Positions 49,217 to 61,944 are shown, counted from the first letter of the stretch. The stretch is 64,000 nt of DNA from Octopus sinensis (GCF_006345805.1 NC_043018.1:10850001-10914000), one strand, 5' to 3'. A program made the numbers and translations. The notes: a model not told the origin generated them from the letters alone.

Positions 49217-49917
49217 GTACCGATCAGGTAAAGGACCTGGGTATCTTGGTGGATTCCTCCTTTTCGCCTTCGGCCCAGTGCGTCCATGCTGCCAACAAAG
49301 CACGCGGAATTCTGTTCTTGATTCGACGGTCATTCGGAATGCTCACAGCAGCCATATTCCTGCCACTCTATGTCACGCTGGTGAGACCCATATTGGAGTA
49401 TGGGATTCAAGCCTCTTCTCCTTATCTCCTCAAAGACATACAGCATCTCGAAAGAGTCCAGAAGCTGGCTACCCGCATGGTTCATGGTCTCAAAAATTTT
49501 TCCTATGAAGAAAGGCTGAGGACGCTCGACCTTTATTCTCTAGAAAAACGCCGCCCCCGTGGAGATCTCATTCTCGCCCACAACATCATAAGCGGAAAGT
49601 GTAACCTCTCGAAAGAGCTGTTCTTCACTCCTGCTCCAGAGCGTCGGCTGCGGGGTCATTCCGAAAAGCTCTACCTGCGACGATTTCATCTCAATCGAAG
49701 GAGAGGAGCTTTCTCCGTCCGGGTTGCGGATCCGTGGAACAAGCTGCCAGACGAGATGGTGAAGATGCCGACGACCGCTTTGTTCAAAGCCTACCTTGAC
49801 CTCAAGTGGCCTGAACTCTTTACATGAACACCACCCTGTACTTAACTCCATGTCCCCCTACATGGCCTTGCTATTTGCTTTTGAGCCAAATTAACTAACT
49901 AACTAACTAACTAACTA
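49217..49917 (+). mobile_element. 5'-truncated CR1/L2-type LINE 3' end with (TAAC)n tail
   Basis: ORF 49192-49827 has VKDLG...LYVTLVRPILEYG...LERVQKLATRMV...YEERL..L.LYSLEKRR.RGDLI...RV...WNKLP, the typical post-RT C-terminus of CR1/Jockey-group ORF2. A short 3'UTR and TAAC tail follow. Confidence 0.93.
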
Positions 49918-49954
49918 CTAGTAGAGGTGCTTCGTAGTAATAGGTAATAATACT

Positions 49955-50290
49955 CGGGGCCGGATTGAGACCCATCGTGGTCCTAAGCACTTAAAAGATT
50001 TTGGTGCCCCCATAAAAGATTATGCAATTCAAAATATAAATAATAACAAACCATGAAATAATTTTTTATTTTTCAAAACAAAGCAAAACGGTAAGAGGGG
50101 AGAAATAATGTTTATTTTTGTCTCCTTCCACTTTATTAATTATTTGAAAAGTTTCCTCCTACTCTTTTGAATTGCAAAGTCTTTGATCAGATCCTCAAAA
50201 TTAATCTTTGGTAACACATCTGCATCTATACTTAGTAGAGATAAAGGTATCCCGAATATTATTTTAGTAAGTTTAAAGTGATTTTCATTT
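49955..50290 (-). mobile_element. hAT transposon 3' remnant
   Basis: Terminus CGGGGCCGGATT at 49955. Minus strand at about 50140-50260 translates as LSLLSIDADVLPKINFEDLIKDFAIQKSRRK, resembling the hAT C-terminal dimerisation region. Confidence 0.65.
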
Positions 50291-50605
50291 GTGTCGTAAA
50301 CCATTTACCATTTCTGTGGTTCCCCCTCCTTCTGCTGATGCCCTAAACACTTGGTTATTTTGCTTAATGGATTACCCAGCACTGATAATATTGGCTGTTG
50401 TAGTTAGTCAGAATACTATGAGTGTAATAGTTAGTATTTGTGTCTATGGTATTAGTAAGGCTATAGTAGTAATAATATTGATGTCTATGATAATTAGAAA
50501 TAGTATTGCGGGTTATTGTATTCAATAATAATACTGGTGACAGTAGTATTAGTAATAATTAGTAATTAGTTATTGGTCTCTATTGTAATTATCTTTAATC
50601 TTTAA

Positions 50606-50828
50606 CCCTTTAAGTCCCGGACTACTTAAATTTCTGAATATTACTTTTAAATTTTTACAAGTGATTGAAAATTGATTAAAATGAAAAAAATAATTATTAA
50701 ACCTCCTTAACTTCAAGTAGAAATGGAAATACTTGGTGTCCTATAAATAGGACACTGAGACAATGTGATGTAGCTTATTTAATGTTCTCATTTAGTGTCC
50801 TATTTATAGGACAGTGGGACTTAATGGG
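50606..50828. mobile_element. piggyBac-type MITE
   Basis: TTAA|CCCTTTAAGTCCC...GGGACTTAATGGG|TTAA, with two internal palindromes GTGTCCTAT(A/T)(A/T)ATAGGACA. Confidence 0.8.
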
Positions 50829-50954
50829 TTAATTTTTTTACTTGTTCAGCCATTACACTGCGGCCATGCTGGGGCACCACTTTGAAGAATTCTTAATCGG
50901 ATGAATCGACCACAGTGTTTTTTTTTCAAAGCCCGGTGCTACTTATTCTATCAA

Positions 50955-50997
<43 letters not shown>

Positions 50998-51137
50998 GTG
51001 AAAATAAGGTAGTCAGACTGTTGAATGATATTTTTATTTACATTTTTAGCGCTTTCTTCCGTTATCGGATTTATACACAGGTGTGAGTGTGGAATGACGG
51101 GAGAACAGGAATTGCGTAATCAACTTCACCGCTCCAT

Positions 51138-51652
51138 CCTCTTCTCCTTATCTCCTCAAAGACATACATCATCTCGAAAGAGTCCTGAAGCTGGCTACCC
51201 GCATGGTTCTTGGTCTCAAGCATTTGTCTTATGAAGAAAGGCTGAAGACACTCGACCATTATTCTCTGGAAAAACGACGACGCCGTGGTGATCTCATTCT
51301 TGCTCACAACATCATAAGCGGAAAGTGTAACCTCTCGAAAGAGCTGTTCTTCACTCCTGCTCCAGAGCGTGGGCTTGCGGAGTCACTCCGTAAAGCTCTG
51401 TCTGCGACGATTTCATCTCAATCGAAGGAGAGGGGCTTTCTCCGTCCGGGTTGCGGATCCGTGGAATAAGCTGCCAGACGAGATAGTGAAGATGCCGACG
51501 ACCGCTCGGTTCAAAGTCTCTCTTGACCAGAAATGGCCTGAACTCTTTGCATGAACACCCTCCCTGTACGTAACTCCATGTCCCCCTACATGGCCTTGCT
51601 TTTTGCTTTTTGAGCCAAAAAATTAACTTAACTAACTTAACTTAACTTAACT
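51138..51652 (+). mobile_element. Second, shorter copy of the same LINE, frameshifted
   Basis: Colinear with about 49410-49915; the frame breaks near 51180 and 51370; (TAAC/TTAAC)n tail. Confidence 0.92.
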
Positions 51653-51843
51653 ATTAGTTTGCGGTTGTTTCTGCTGTGGGATGCAGTGCATTCAGAGCTC
51701 AGTGTCTGTGCTTCCTCGGAGCCTTTATATTTCATTTTGTTCTTTGATGTAACATTCCCTTTTTTTTTCTTATTCTTTCCAATCAGTTAAAATCAGAAGC
51801 CATGAGAGCCACTGTCTGGTACTGCATCAGGGCTATTATTATT

Positions 51844-51875
<32 letters not shown>

Positions 51876-52357
51876 TAAGGCAGAGAGTTAGGAGGATCTT
51901 TAGGATTTTCAGTGAGTTAGGAGGATCTTTAGGATTTTCAGGTCTACTATATATAGTAACAACCATACTATCACATTGCCGAAAACTTATTCACGTACGT
52001 CACATTCCGGGTAGAAACATGTTAATATGCTGTCCAGTTCAACATTGCGTGTGTATGTATGTGTGTGTGTGTGTTCCCACCACCACCAACATCGCTTCAC
52101 AACCGATGCCGGTGCGTTTAGGTCCCCGAGACATATTGGTTCGGCAAAAAAGACCGATAGAATAAGTATTAGGGCTTACAAAGAATAAGTCCTGGTGTCA
52201 ATTTGCTCGACTAAAGGCGGTGCTCCAGCATGGCTGCAGTCAAAATGAGTTAAACAAGTAAAACAACTATATATATATATAGTTCAGCACAAGAGAGTGA
52301 AAACAAATTGTTTTATTTTGTTTCGGGCAGAATTTACAAAGATATGACAAATGAGAG

Positions 52358-52404
<47 letters not shown>

Positions 52405-53009
52405 GTGAACCGTTTCAATCAACCAATTGTGTTTAAATCTTGTGCAACTTATATCACTGGAATTCCACCGTTAATACTTCTACGTGGTGTGGTGTCTAGT
52501 CTTAACTGATATCTCTAAAACTAAATGTTCCTTATCTACAAGCTTTATTACATTAAGAAGAAACGGAAAACTTCTAACGAGAAGACGACTTTCTTCCCCT
52601 CTTACTTTCGACTTTTCTGGTCCCCCACCCCCACCCCTCGTCCTTTCAGACTTCCGGTTCTTTCTTCTATCTTTCAGCATATTTTACTTATCAATAATGG
52701 TTATGTAGGAAGCGCGAGTAGGAAGTATCAGAACGGCGATAAATGACCTCGACAGTTTAGTAGTATGGCGGACTTATTGCTCGAAGTTCAGATCACGCAG
52801 GAGTCAACTTTGCGTTTGGTTTTTGTTGTTTTTCTTTTAGTATTCTTATACCTCTTCGCAAGTGGTGGGTAAATGGTTGGGTGGTCTACAAAGTGACAAG
52901 TCTAGTCATGTTTGACTTTTATTTTTTTATTTCTTTCAGACATTAGACTACCCCCAGGCGGGGGTACTCCCTTTAAGGGTGTTAACCGAACGAATCGATT
53001 CCGGTAGTC

Positions 53010-53105
53010 ACTTTGCTTTTTAGAGTTCTGTACTTATTTTATGCCGAATCGCTTAGTTACGAAAACGTAAACACTAGTCAAGTGATGATAGGGGGGGGGG
53101 CAAAC

Positions 53106-53136
<31 letters not shown>

Positions 53137-54918
53137 TACGTGTGACACGAAGCTTGCTTCTCAGTCACATGATTGCAGGTTCAGTCCCACTGCGTAGCAC
53201 CTTGGGCAAGTGTCTTCTACTATGTCCTCGGACCGACCGAAACCTTGTGAATGGATTTGGTAGAGGGAAACTGAAAGAAGCCCGTCGTATGTATGTATAT
53301 GTGTGTGTACCTTTGTGTCTGCACCCCCCACCGCTTGACAACTAGTATTGGTGTTTACGCCTCCGTAACTTAACGGTTCGGCAATAGAGACCGAGAGAAC
53401 AAGTACTATGCTTTAAAATATAAGTCCTGGGGTAGATTCGTTCAACTAAAATCATTCAAGGCTGCTCCAGCACGGCCGCAGTCAAATGACTGAAACAAGC
53501 AAACAAAGTCGAAGAAATATACCTCAGGATTTGTTTATGATCAGGTTGGTACTTCTATCGTTCTCTTTTGCCGAATCGCTTAGTTACGGGGACGTAAACA
53601 CACCAACACCGGTTATCAAGCGATGGTTGGGAGAGGGACAAACGCAGGCACAAAGACGTACACATAAATATATACGACGGGATTCTTTCGGTTTCCGTCT
53701 ACCAAATCCACTCACAAGGCTTTTGTCGTCCCGAGGTTATAGTAGAAGGCACGTGCCGGACTGAACCCAGAACCATATGGTTGGTAAGCAAGCTTCTTAC
53801 CACACAGTCACGCCTGCACTATGTATATAAATATTTATATAATCACAATGAGGATATTTAGACCTCTTAGAGGGATATTTTCTATCCTAGATACACTGGT
53901 TTGATATATTGTAGTTTCAAGAGATATTTCTTCAATGAATATCTCTATATAGGCGCAGGAGTGGCTGTGTGGTAAGTAGCCTGCTTACCAACCACATAGT
54001 TCCGGGTTCAGTCCCACTGCGTGGCACCTTGGGCAAGTGTCTTCTACTATAGCCTCGGGCCGACCAAAGCCTTGTGAGTGGATTTGGTAGACGGAAACTG
54101 AAAGAAGCCCGTCGTATATATGTATGTGTATGTGTGTGTTTGTGTGTCTGTGTTTGTCCCCCTAGCATTGCTTGACAACCGATGCTGGTGTGTTTATGTC
54201 CCCGTAACTTAGCAGTTCGGCAAAAGGGACCGATAGAATACGTACTGGGCTTACAAAGAATAAGTCCCGGTGTCAAGTTGCTCGACTAAAGGCGGTGCTC
54301 CAGCATGGCCGCAGTCAAATGACTGAAACAAGTAAAAGAGTAAAAGAGTAAAATATATAAACGGCTTCTTTCAGTTTCCGTCTACCAAATTCACTCACAA
54401 GGCATTGGCCGGCCTGGAGGTATCGCAGAAGATACTTGCCCTAGGTGTCGCGCAGAGAGAGGGACTGAACTCGGATCCATGTGGTTAGACAAAAAAAAAA
54501 AAGAAAAGAAAACTTTTACTCTATAGGAGTGGCTGTGTGGTAAATAGCTTGCTTACGAACTACATGGTTCCGGGTTCAGTCCCACTGCGCGGCACCTTGG
54601 GCAAGTGTCTTCTACAATAGCCTTGGACCAACCAAAGCCTTGTGAGTGGATTTGGTAGACGGAAACTGAAAGAAGCCCGTCGTATGTATATATATATATG
54701 TGTGTGTGTGTGTGTTTGTGTGTCTGTGTTTGTCCCCCAACATCGCTTGACAACCGATGTTGGTGTGTTTACGTCCACGTAACCTAGCGGCTCGGCAAAA
54801 GAGAACCGATAGAATAAATACTAGGCTTACAAAGAATAAGTACTGGGGTCGATGTGCTCGACTATAGGCGGTGCTCCAGCATGGCCACAGTCAAAAGAGT
54901 GAAACAAGTAAAAGAGTA
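53010..54918. mobile_element. Cluster of at least six SINE-A copies or fragments in alternating orientation
   Basis: About 53010-53110 (-), 53130-53510 (+), 53490-53820 (-), 53952-54352 (+), 54355-54500 (-), 54524-54918 (+). Confidence 0.85.
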
Positions 54919-55067
54919 TAGATTTTTTACTTCATAACTTCCTTCTCTGGGCCTCAACCCGAACTTTATTGGCCGTGAATGTCTTTTGGGATTTTGTTGC
55001 TTCGTTGTATTTCATCGGTGTTCAATATTGCAGACTCACGCGGACTCTCTGAGGTTATATATTATAC

Positions 55068-56195
55068 AGGCGGCGAGCTGGCAGAAACGTTAGCACGCCG
55101 GGCGAAATGCTTAGCAGTATGTCGCCTGGCTTTACATTCTGAGTTCAAATTCCGCCGAGGTCGACTTAGCCTTTCATCCTTACTGGGTCGATAAATTAAA
55201 TACCTATTTCTTCATTGCCCACAAGGGGCTAAACATAGAGAGGACGAACAAGGACAGACAAACGGATTAAGTCGATTACATCGACCCCAGTGCGTCACTG
55301 GTACTTTATTTAATCGACCCCGAAAGGATGAAAGGTAAAGTCGACCTCGGCGGAATTTGAACTCAGAACGCAGCGGCGGACGAAATACCACAAGGCATTT
55401 CGCCCGGTGTGCTAACGATTCTGCCAGCTCGTCGCCTTTATTTCCAGTTGCGTACTGGGGTCGATGTAATCGACTGGAATCCTTCCCCAAAATTTCGGGC
55501 CGTGTCCCTAGAGAAGAAAAGAATATTAGACAAGGCGGCGAGCTGGCAGAAATGTTAGCACGTCGGGCGAAATGCGTAGCCGTATTTCGTCTGCCGTTAC
55601 GTTCTGAGTTCAAATTTCGCCGAGGTCGACTTTGCCTTTCATCCTTTCGAGGTCGATTAAATAAGGGATCTTTTCGGTTTGAACGGCAGTTTTTTCTAGC
55701 GGTGTCATATGAAATTGTCACCCATAATTATGACCCTAGTATCGATCTATTGCATTTCAATCTGTTTCAGGGTTAGTTAGGGTTAGGGGTGGGGGGAAGG
55801 GTATCTTTTTTTCTTCAGAAATATAAATAAACCCAATCTGTTTCTTAAACGAGGGACATATTCATACGGCACAGAATGTTTTTTTTTTTACCTCAATAGA
55901 CGTCATTGATTGGTTGAAATTGCAGAAATTGAAGAAAAAAATCAACAAATATCTTACAAACTATAGAATTTTCTCAATAAAGCCAAGAGAAAAAGATGTT
56001 TTATAAACACATTCTACCAGTATACGAAGTTTAAAATTTTTTAGCTACCTAGAAATTATGTTAAAAACTGCCGTTCAAACCGAAAAGATCCTAAATAAGT
56101 ACCAGTTACGCACTGAGGTCGATATAATCGACTTAATCCCTTTGTCTGTCCTTGTTTGTCCCCTCTATGTTTAGCCCCTTGTGGGCAATAAAGAA
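55068..56195. mobile_element. SINE-B cluster: (+) 55068-55200, (-) 55200-55437, (+) 55440-55525, (+) 55532-56195 interrupted by M1
   Basis: Same family B motifs. Confidence 0.88.
55666..56091 (-). mobile_element. Merlin-like MITE M1, copy 8 (inserted in a SINE-B)
   Basis: Perfect 8-bp TSD TAAATAAG; the interrupted SINE resumes at 56092. Confidence 0.92.
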
Positions 56196-56771
56196 ATATA
56201 TATATATATATATACACGGATTGGGTCGAATTCGAGAAAACTATAACCTCCCTATCTCTCACACTACAAAAACTAGTTGACCTTGTCGCCTCTGTTCAGA
56301 AATCAATAAGCAGGAAGTAGTTAGAAATTCTGTAATTATTCTTATTAAATTTTTCCAGAGTTAAAAATATTTTTTCCCCTCTTCTCCTTAAACTTGTAGA
56401 CTGAATGACACTAGTATAATTAAAATATAGCAGCTGGTCTTTACATTTTTCCTTTTTTTTTCACTGGCCGAGGTTGCATACGTAAAAATAAACGAGAAAA
56501 GAACACGTTAGAATTTGGGGCAAATGCTGCTCTTTGTGTGTGAAAGAGAGAGAGATACACAGTGAGATACAGAGAGAGAGAGAAAGAGAGATTGAGTGTA
56601 CTATCTCAGAATGTGTACCCGCGTTACAAGTTGTGTTTATGTAGTAACCACCTCTTTTTTAGCTTCAGTGACACACCCACAAAATCCCTCTCCTTGTTAA
56701 CAACTATACAAGTGTGTTTAACAAAGAAAACTAACATACTTGCTTGTAACACAGTCAGTCAAGTCCCCTGG

Positions 56772-56805
<34 letters not shown>

Positions 56806-57069
56806 GATAAAATACACCCTCACGCACGTGCATACAAGCACAGAGGAAGTAAGTAGCAACCGAGCAACAAATAGATTCTTCATTTTGGTGTGTGTCTATC
56901 CGTCCGTCCGCGTATCTTTACGTGTGTGAATGTGAGAGAGAGAGAGAGAGAGAGAGAAACAAAGTAAGAGAGAGAGAAACAAAGAGAGAGAGAGAGAGAG
57001 AAGCGAGGTGAGATATAAATAGAAAAAGCAAACTCTAGAGAATGACAAAGAAATCGGGATATTTTATAT

Positions 57070-57463
57070 ATTTATTTACTCTTTTGCTCGTTTCAGTCAT
57101 TTGACTGTGGCCATGCTGGAGCAACGCTCCAATAGTCGAGCAAATCGATCCCCCAGGACTTATTCTTTGTAAGCCTAGTACTTATACTATCGGTTCTCTT
57201 ATGCCGAACCGCTAAGTTACGGGGACGTAAACACACCAGCATCGGTTGTCAAGCGATGTTGGGGGACAAACACAGACACATACATACACACACACATATA
57301 CGACGGGCTTCTTTCAGTTTCCGTCTACCAAATCCACTCACAAATCTTTGGTCAGCCCGAGGGTATAGTAGAAAACACTTGCCCAAGATGCCACGCAGTG
57401 GGATTGAACCTGGAACCATGTGGTTGGTAAGCAAGCTACTTACCACACAGCCACTCTTGCGCC
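57070..57463 (-). mobile_element. SINE-A, full length (further fragments to about 57780)
   Basis: Colinear with the other A copies. Confidence 0.9.
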
Positions 57464-58570
57464 TTTTACTTTTTTACTGCTTTCAGCTATTAGACTGCGG
57501 CCGTGCTGGAGCACTACCTTGTTGAAATAAATGGGACAATTCGATACCAGTATTGTGTTTTGGGGGAAGAAATCAAACAAATACCGGTTTTCAAAGGTAG
57601 GGACACTAAGGACAAAGACAGTTTTTCGATGGGCTTCTATGTAGTTTCCTTCTACCAAATTCACTAGGCATTGGTTGGCCTGGGGCTATAGTTAAAAACA
57701 CTTGTCCAAGCTGCCGTGCAGCGCGACCGAACCCAAAACCATCTGGTTGCGAAGTGAATTTGTTAACCATACACCCATGCTTGCGTCTCTCTCTCTCTTT
57801 GTTTCTTTCCCCCTCTCTCTTTGTTTTTCTCTCTTTCTCTCTTTCTTTCTCTCTCTCTTTGTTTCGCTCACTCTTTGTTTTTTCTCTTTCTCTCTCTCTT
57901 TGTTTCTCTCCTTCCCTCTCTGTTTCTCTCCCTCTCATTTTGTTTCTCTCTCCCTCTTTGTTTCTCTCTCTCTCTTCGTTTCTCTCTCTCTTTGTTTTCC
58001 TCTCTCTCACTTTCTTTCTCTCTCTCTTTGTTTTTTCTCTCTCTCACTTTCTTTCTCTATCTCTCTTTCTCTCTCTCTCCCTCCCTCTTTATCTATTTGT
58101 CTGTCCCCCTTATCTCTTTCTGCCTAATTTAGACGCAAAGCGAATACTCCAAAGGGAGTTGATAACATCGGCCCCAGTCCCTTGTTTGGTACTTTTTTCA
58201 TCTACACCGAAAAGATAGATGAAGGACCAAAGTTAACCTTGGCAGGATTTGAACTCAGAATGTGAAGAGAGCCGGAAGAAATGCGCTAAGCATTTTTGTC
58301 CGATGCACCAACGACTCAGCCTAGAAAAATAATTTCCGTAGAGCATAAAGTCACAAATTACGCAATAGTTGTCTATTAAATGAGTCCTGGTATATAACTG
58401 GTACTTTATTTACATACACATTTATCTACACGATTAAACCTTTCGTAACAGACTCGCATCAAGGATGCATTAAAAATACTTTGCTGAACACCTTGCTGAC
58501 TGGTGGTTTTCTTAGATTTTGGTGGTTTACTGAGACATTCCAGTATTAATTAATTAATTAATTAACCTTA

Positions 58571-58979
58571 GGATCTTTTCCGTTTGAACGGCAGTTTTTA
58601 ACATAATTTCTAGGTAACTAGAAAATTTTAAACTTCGTATACTGGTAGAATGTGTTTATAAAACATCTTTTTCTCTTTGCTTTATTGAGAAAATTCTATA
58701 GTTTTGTAAGATATTTGTTGTTTTTTTTTCTTCAATTTCTGCAATTTCAACCAATCAATGACGTCTATTGAGGTAAAAAAAAACATTCTGTGCCGTATGA
58801 ATATGTCCCTCGTTTAAGAAACAGATTGGGTTTATTTATATTTGTGAAAAAAAAAAAAGATACCCTACCCCCCCCCCTACCCCTAACCCTAACTAACCCT
58901 AAAACAGATTGAAATGCAATTATGAATTTCATAATGACTCCGCTAGAACAACTGCCGCCGTTTCAAATCGAAAAGATCC
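58571..58979 (+). mobile_element. Merlin-like MITE M1, copy 9 (right end degraded)
   Basis: The left TIR and body match M1; the right part carries a deletion and substitutions. Confidence 0.85.
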
Positions 58980-59255
58980 TCCTTAACCTCTCTTATCCTA
59001 ACATATCCACGTGGTTCTAGAAATTCAGAATTGGAACTGATGTCGCTACCAAATTGATAAACTCTCTGCGGTCTGCGTTGACAAATGGCTGCCCAATATC
59101 TAGAAGCCATCTTGCACTCGCCACATTCTGTTTCTGCGAACCTGATTAAGGTTCGTTTGACGCACCGACCAAACTTTACGTGGAACCGAATCAAACTGCT
59201 ATTAAATAGTGCGCGCGCATACATACATACATACATACATACATACATACATACA

Positions 59256-59286
<31 letters not shown>

Positions 59287-59389
59287 TAATATGTTATATA
59301 CCAGGACTCATTTAATATGTATGTATATATATATATATATATACATATATTATATTATATTAAACTTTTTAATGCTTTTTGGTTATTTA

Positions 59390-59790
59390 AAAAAAAGGTT
59401 AAAAGTTTAAAAGTTTAAAAGTTTAAAAGTTTAAAAATTTAAAATTTAAAATTTAAATATAAAAATATAAAAATTTATAAATTTAAAATTAAATATAAAA
59501 TTATCAAAATTTATAAATTTAAAATTTAAATATAAAAATATAAAAATTTATAAATTTAAAATTTAAATATAAAAATATAAAAATTTAAAATTTAAAATTT
59601 AAATATAAAATTATCAAAATTTATAAATTTAAAATTTAAATATAAAAATTTATAAATTATAAATTTAAAATTTAAATATAAAAATATAAAAATTTATAAA
59701 TTTAAAATTTAAAAATAAAATTATCAAAATTTATAAATATAAATTTTCAAATTTTCAAATTTCAATAATTTAAATTTAAATTTTATATTT
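59390..59790. repeat. Almost pure A/T minisatellite (TAAATTTAAAATTTAAATATAAAAA-type units)
   Basis: About 400 bp with only a handful of C or G. Confidence 0.9.
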
Positions 59791-59910
59791 TATATATATA
59801 TTGTATATTGTATTAATTATATTTATTTTTTGTTTTTTATGTATTGGTTTATGTCTATCACTGTTTGAGTTGCCTAATACTGGTTTTATCTCTAATTTAA
59901 TTTATATATA
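59760..59910 (+). mobile_element. Diverged 3' tail of PLE-like family P1
   Basis: TTTTATGTATTGG...TTGCCTAATACTGGTTTTATCTCTAATTTAAT matches the tail at 28360-28430. Confidence 0.6.
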
Positions 59911-59941
59911 TATTAGCAGACACGCGTATTATATATATATA

Positions 59942-60359
59942 GGCGCAGGAGTGGCTGTGTGGTAAGTAGCTTGCTAACCAACCACATGGTTCCGGGTTCA
60001 GTCCCACTGCGTGGCATCTTGGGCAAGTGTCTTCTGCTATAGTCCCGGGCCGACCAATGCCTTGTGAGTGGATTTGGTAGACGGAGACTGAAAGAAGCCT
60101 GTCGTATATATGTATATATATATATATATAAGTGTGTGTGTATATGTTTGTGTGTCTGTGTTTGTCCCCCTAGCATTGCTTGACAACCGATGCTGGTGTG
60201 TTTACGTCCCCGTCACTTAGAGGTTCGGCAAAAGAGACCGATAGAATAAGTACTGGGCTTACAAAAAGAATAAGTCCCGGGGTCGAGTTGCTCGACTAAA
60301 GGCGGTGCTCCAGCATGGCCGCAGTCAAATGACTGAAACAAGTAAAAGAGTAAAGAGTA
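59942..60359 (+). mobile_element. SINE-A, full length, in the centre of a short palindrome
   Basis: Colinear with the other A copies; the flanks are inverted repeats (see findings). Confidence 0.92.
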
Positions 60360-61028
60360 TATATATATATATATATATAATACGCGTGTCTGCTAATACT
60401 TTGCATGTACCCCGTCCCCGCACTGTTTTTTTTTCTTTTTGGGTTGGGGATTAACTATATACTCTTTACTCTTTTACTTGTTTCAGTCATTTGACTGCGG
60501 CCATGCTGGAGCACCGCCTTTACTCGAGCAAATTGACCCCCAGGACTTATTCTTTGTAAGCCTTGTACTTATTCTATCGGTCTCTTTTGTTGCCGAACCG
60601 CTAAGTTATGGGGACGTAAACACACCAGCATTATTAAATAAGAATCTTTCTACTATATTTGTAGAAATTTGGGGAGAGAGGATGAGTTTATTACATCGAC
60701 CACGGTGCGTAACTGGTACTTAATTTATCGACCCCCGAAAGGATGAACGGAAAAGTCGACCCCGAAAGGATGAAAGGTAAAGTTGACCTCTGCAGCATTT
60801 GAACTCAGAACGAGATAGATGAAATACCGCTAAGCATTTCGTCCGCTATGCTAACGAATCTGCCAGCTTGCCACCTCATTAATAGTAATAATTATAATAA
60901 TAACTTAATACCGAAAATTTAATGCAGAACGGTGGATGGACAAAATTTAAACCTCTTTTCGGGATATTTCATATAAGATACACTGGTTTAGTATATAATA
61001 TTTTGAATAGATATTTCTTCAATGAATA

Positions 61029-61341
61029 TCTCTCTAAATGTCTGTGTGTGTGTCCTTTATACAAATCCACAATTTTTCAGTTAGAGGGCTCGTACTTTCT
61101 ATGCTCATTCAAAACCGTCCAAGGGTGGCACCCAGCAAAGCCATTAAAAAATCAATAGAAGTGACTTTTTTGTGAATTTTCTATCCAAAACTCAATAAAA
61201 ATGCCCGAAACTTGATACGCCAATTGAATGCCATGTGATTGGTCGGAGATTTGGACAGTACTCGCGTGTATGTGCGCATGCACGCAGCTGTATATGCATG
61301 CACTAGCACTATGATCCGGCGTTGCCGGGTCATAGTGCTAG
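61029..61341 (+). mobile_element. Non-autonomous Helitron (family H2)
   Basis: A|TCTCTCTAAATG...CCGGCGTTGCCGGG-TCATAGTGCTAG|T: TC start, hairpin, CTAG end, A|T target. Confidence 0.7.
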
Positions 61342-61873
61342 TATATATAAAATATCAGACATTATAATCAAGTTAGAAAACAGATCTAATGGATACGAAT
61401 TTATTAACATGTTCACCTACAAGTGTTTCGTTTCACAAGCAAAATTAAAATTACAAAACATATGTAAATATATAATTTTGCATTTCAAATACCTTGTATG
61501 GAAAAATCATTAGGGTGTACAAAGGATTACATTAGGATACGTTTGGAGCACTCAGAATATATAGACATGTTTATTATGCGTGTATATATATATGTGTGTG
61601 TGTGCACGCATGCGTTAAAATTATTACTCTTTTACTCTTTTACTTGTTTCAGTCATTTGACTGTGGCCATGCTGGAGCACCACCTTTTAGTCGAGCAAAT
61701 TGACCCCAGGACTTATTCTTTGTAAGCCTAGTACTTATTCTATCGGTATCTTTTGCCGAACCACTAAGTTACGGGGACGTAAGCACACCAGCATCGGTTG
61801 TCAAGCGATATTGAATGGGGGAGACAAACAAACACACAAACATATACACATACACATACACACACACACACAT

Positions 61874-61944
<71 letters not shown>

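Larger units (their letters stand above)
1..60875. mobile_element. Other SINE-B copies (summary entry; span is first to last copy)
   Basis: Approximately 1-235 (+), 5178-5500 (+, two), 11995-12210 (-), 12640-12860 (-), 31430-31800 (+), 31960-32170 (+), 44500-44930 (+), 58150-58320 (-), 60640-60875 (-). Confidence 0.82.

Noticed and set aside
51886-51942. About 28-bp direct tandem duplication (GAGTTAGGAGGATCTTTAGGATTTTCAG x2)
   Set aside because: An ordinary small slippage duplication with no associated element.
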